Assembly: GCA_017654855.1 (NCBI GenBank)
Contig: CM030332.1
Coordinates: 7,316,001 to 7,380,000, forward strand
Source of the DNA: Podospora anserina
Lineage: Eukaryota
DNA: 64,000 nucleotides
Reading direction: 5' to 3'
The notes beneath the pieces are model-generated. The model was not told where the DNA came from. It worked only from the letters and a program-made list of their open reading frames with translations, and did no database searches. This document shows positions 62,701 through 64,000 of the stretch, piece after piece (the first letter of the stretch is position 1; every line of letters begins with the position of its first letter). Position numbers and translations under genes: made by a program.

Positions 62701-64000
62701 TTCGCTGGAATATTTCCCTACAGATCCTGGTCTTTGGAGTATGAAATACAGAAGCCGGGGAAGCTCGGCTGTTGGGACTTCCAGAATAGCGAACACACCT
62801 GCCGGCCACTCGGGCTCTCAGGCGTCAGAAGACGCAACGGTGCTGGCTGGATTTGGCACTCATTCATACTCCCGCGGAGAAACACCATCCAAGCTCACGC
62901 CCGGTCATGCTCGAGAAGCTCGACAGACACAAAGTCTGTCCACCTCTCCCAACACCCGATCCTTTTACAAGCCCAACTCGACAGTTGCCTCAATTGCTGC
63001 CAGTTTGCCACGGACGCTTGCCGGCATGGTATCTGCCTCGCCGCCTGATCCTCCTACACGAAAGCGACCTAGTCCTGCGGAGACCATCCTCAGCAACTTC
63101 GTACCTAGTGCTATCACTTGGGGTAGCTCAACCGTGTTTGGTGCTAAGGCCGCTGCTCCAGAAACAGCTCCTGGGACAGCCCGCACATCTCTAACCGATG
63201 ATGGCCGGGTCAAACGTGGTTTCTACTCTATGGTTCCCATAGCTGTATCATGCGTTCCAGAGGATCAAGGGCTCTTTGACGATGATGGCTGGATGTCGAC
63301 TTCTCTCATCGAACCCCAGCGTAGAGAGCTCTACACTCACTACCGCTATTCATATGCCGAATTGCTCCAGACGTGGGGTCAATCTCTGTCTCGTCTTGAG
63401 ATCCTCAAGTTTAATGTTCTCAAAGACGAACGCCTCTATAACAATAACAACAGCTGGAACAGCAACGACTCCGACTGCACCGACCTTGATCCTACTCCCC
63501 GCGGCTCACGGCACTACCCAACCGGTGCCTCCTCGCCCGTGATGGGCTTCGGTGGCCGCCGCGAGCTATTCCAAAACCTCCTGGCAACAGGACGCGGTTT
63601 GGATGTGACTGGCCTCTGCCGCATCCACGAAATCCAACTCGACCCTGTCGAATATCACCGCCCCGCCAACGGGCACGTCGGTGGAGCAGTGGGCATCTGC
63701 CCTCGTTGCTTCCCCGAAAGCGCCTACGGCAGTAAGATCCCACAAACTCAGCTCCACTGCGTCTACTGCCTCGAGCCCGTCGCCTCTTTGTATTCTCCTT
63801 GCCTATCCTGCGGCTGCGTCTCCCACGCCTCCTGCCGGGCAGACTGGCACGCCATGGGCGAAACCGAATGCCCGGCCGGCGACGAGTGCAACTGCGTAGA
63901 GGACGCCTTCAACGGCCAAGTTGAGTCCTGGAGCGCGCTCCAAGCAGCGATATCCCATTTCCCTCCCGTCCCCTCCCCCGTTTCCTCCCCGCCCCAAGCC
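59711..64000 (+). CDS. MTC5: SEA/GATOR2 subunit Sea3/Mtc5 (WDR59 orthologue): WD40 + RWD + C-terminal RING; 3'-truncated by the window (exons 59711-59874, 59932->64000)
   Basis: SATISPSGRDVALAS-PKGL, HSRAITDINF, WDLR, SLDKSIKFW, PVWRARHTPFG, RWD-like VDIPSSYP..KAPRF, WGCHPL, DIQMLAML, RING CVYC...CLSCGCVSHASC..W...CPAGDECNC. The long exon is missing from the ORF track, consistent with no stop before the window end. Confidence 0.9.

Noticed and set aside
48480-64000. Apparent functional clustering (NSE4/UBC13 in DNA repair; VPS34/MTC5 in TORC1-autophagy)
   Set aside because: These are housekeeping genes interspersed with unrelated ones, with no visible shared regulatory motif; most likely chance.

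Overview
Eukaryotic, intron-containing DNA from a filamentous ascomycete. Short GT-AG introns with CTRAC branch sites, GC-rich coding regions, long A/T runs between genes and the gene content suggest Sordariales, possibly Podospora-like (inference). I assembled about 16 gene models by hand. Recognisable genes: mitochondrial D-lactate dehydrogenase, RPS4, a double-telobox Myb protein, a GH18 chitinase with LysM and GPI signal, a Mid2-like sensor, a 2OG-Fe(II) oxygenase, AIM11, NSE4, VPS34, ETR1, UBC13 and MTC5/SEA3 (runs off the right edge). Several genes are of unknown function. Most notable is a ~2,290-aa protein with four PAM2-like motifs and a long C-terminal coiled coil, the architecture of the basidiomycete endosomal mRNA-transport scaffold Upa2, here in an ascomycete. 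Also notable: a three-exon orphan gene fragmented in the ORF track whose long intron carries a hairpin tandem repeat, a class-III-type chitinase with an atypical LysM, and a ~1,470-aa membrane-anchored coiled-coil protein. I recognised no rRNA, tRNA, CRISPR array or intact transposon. All product calls come from motif recognition, not database searches.
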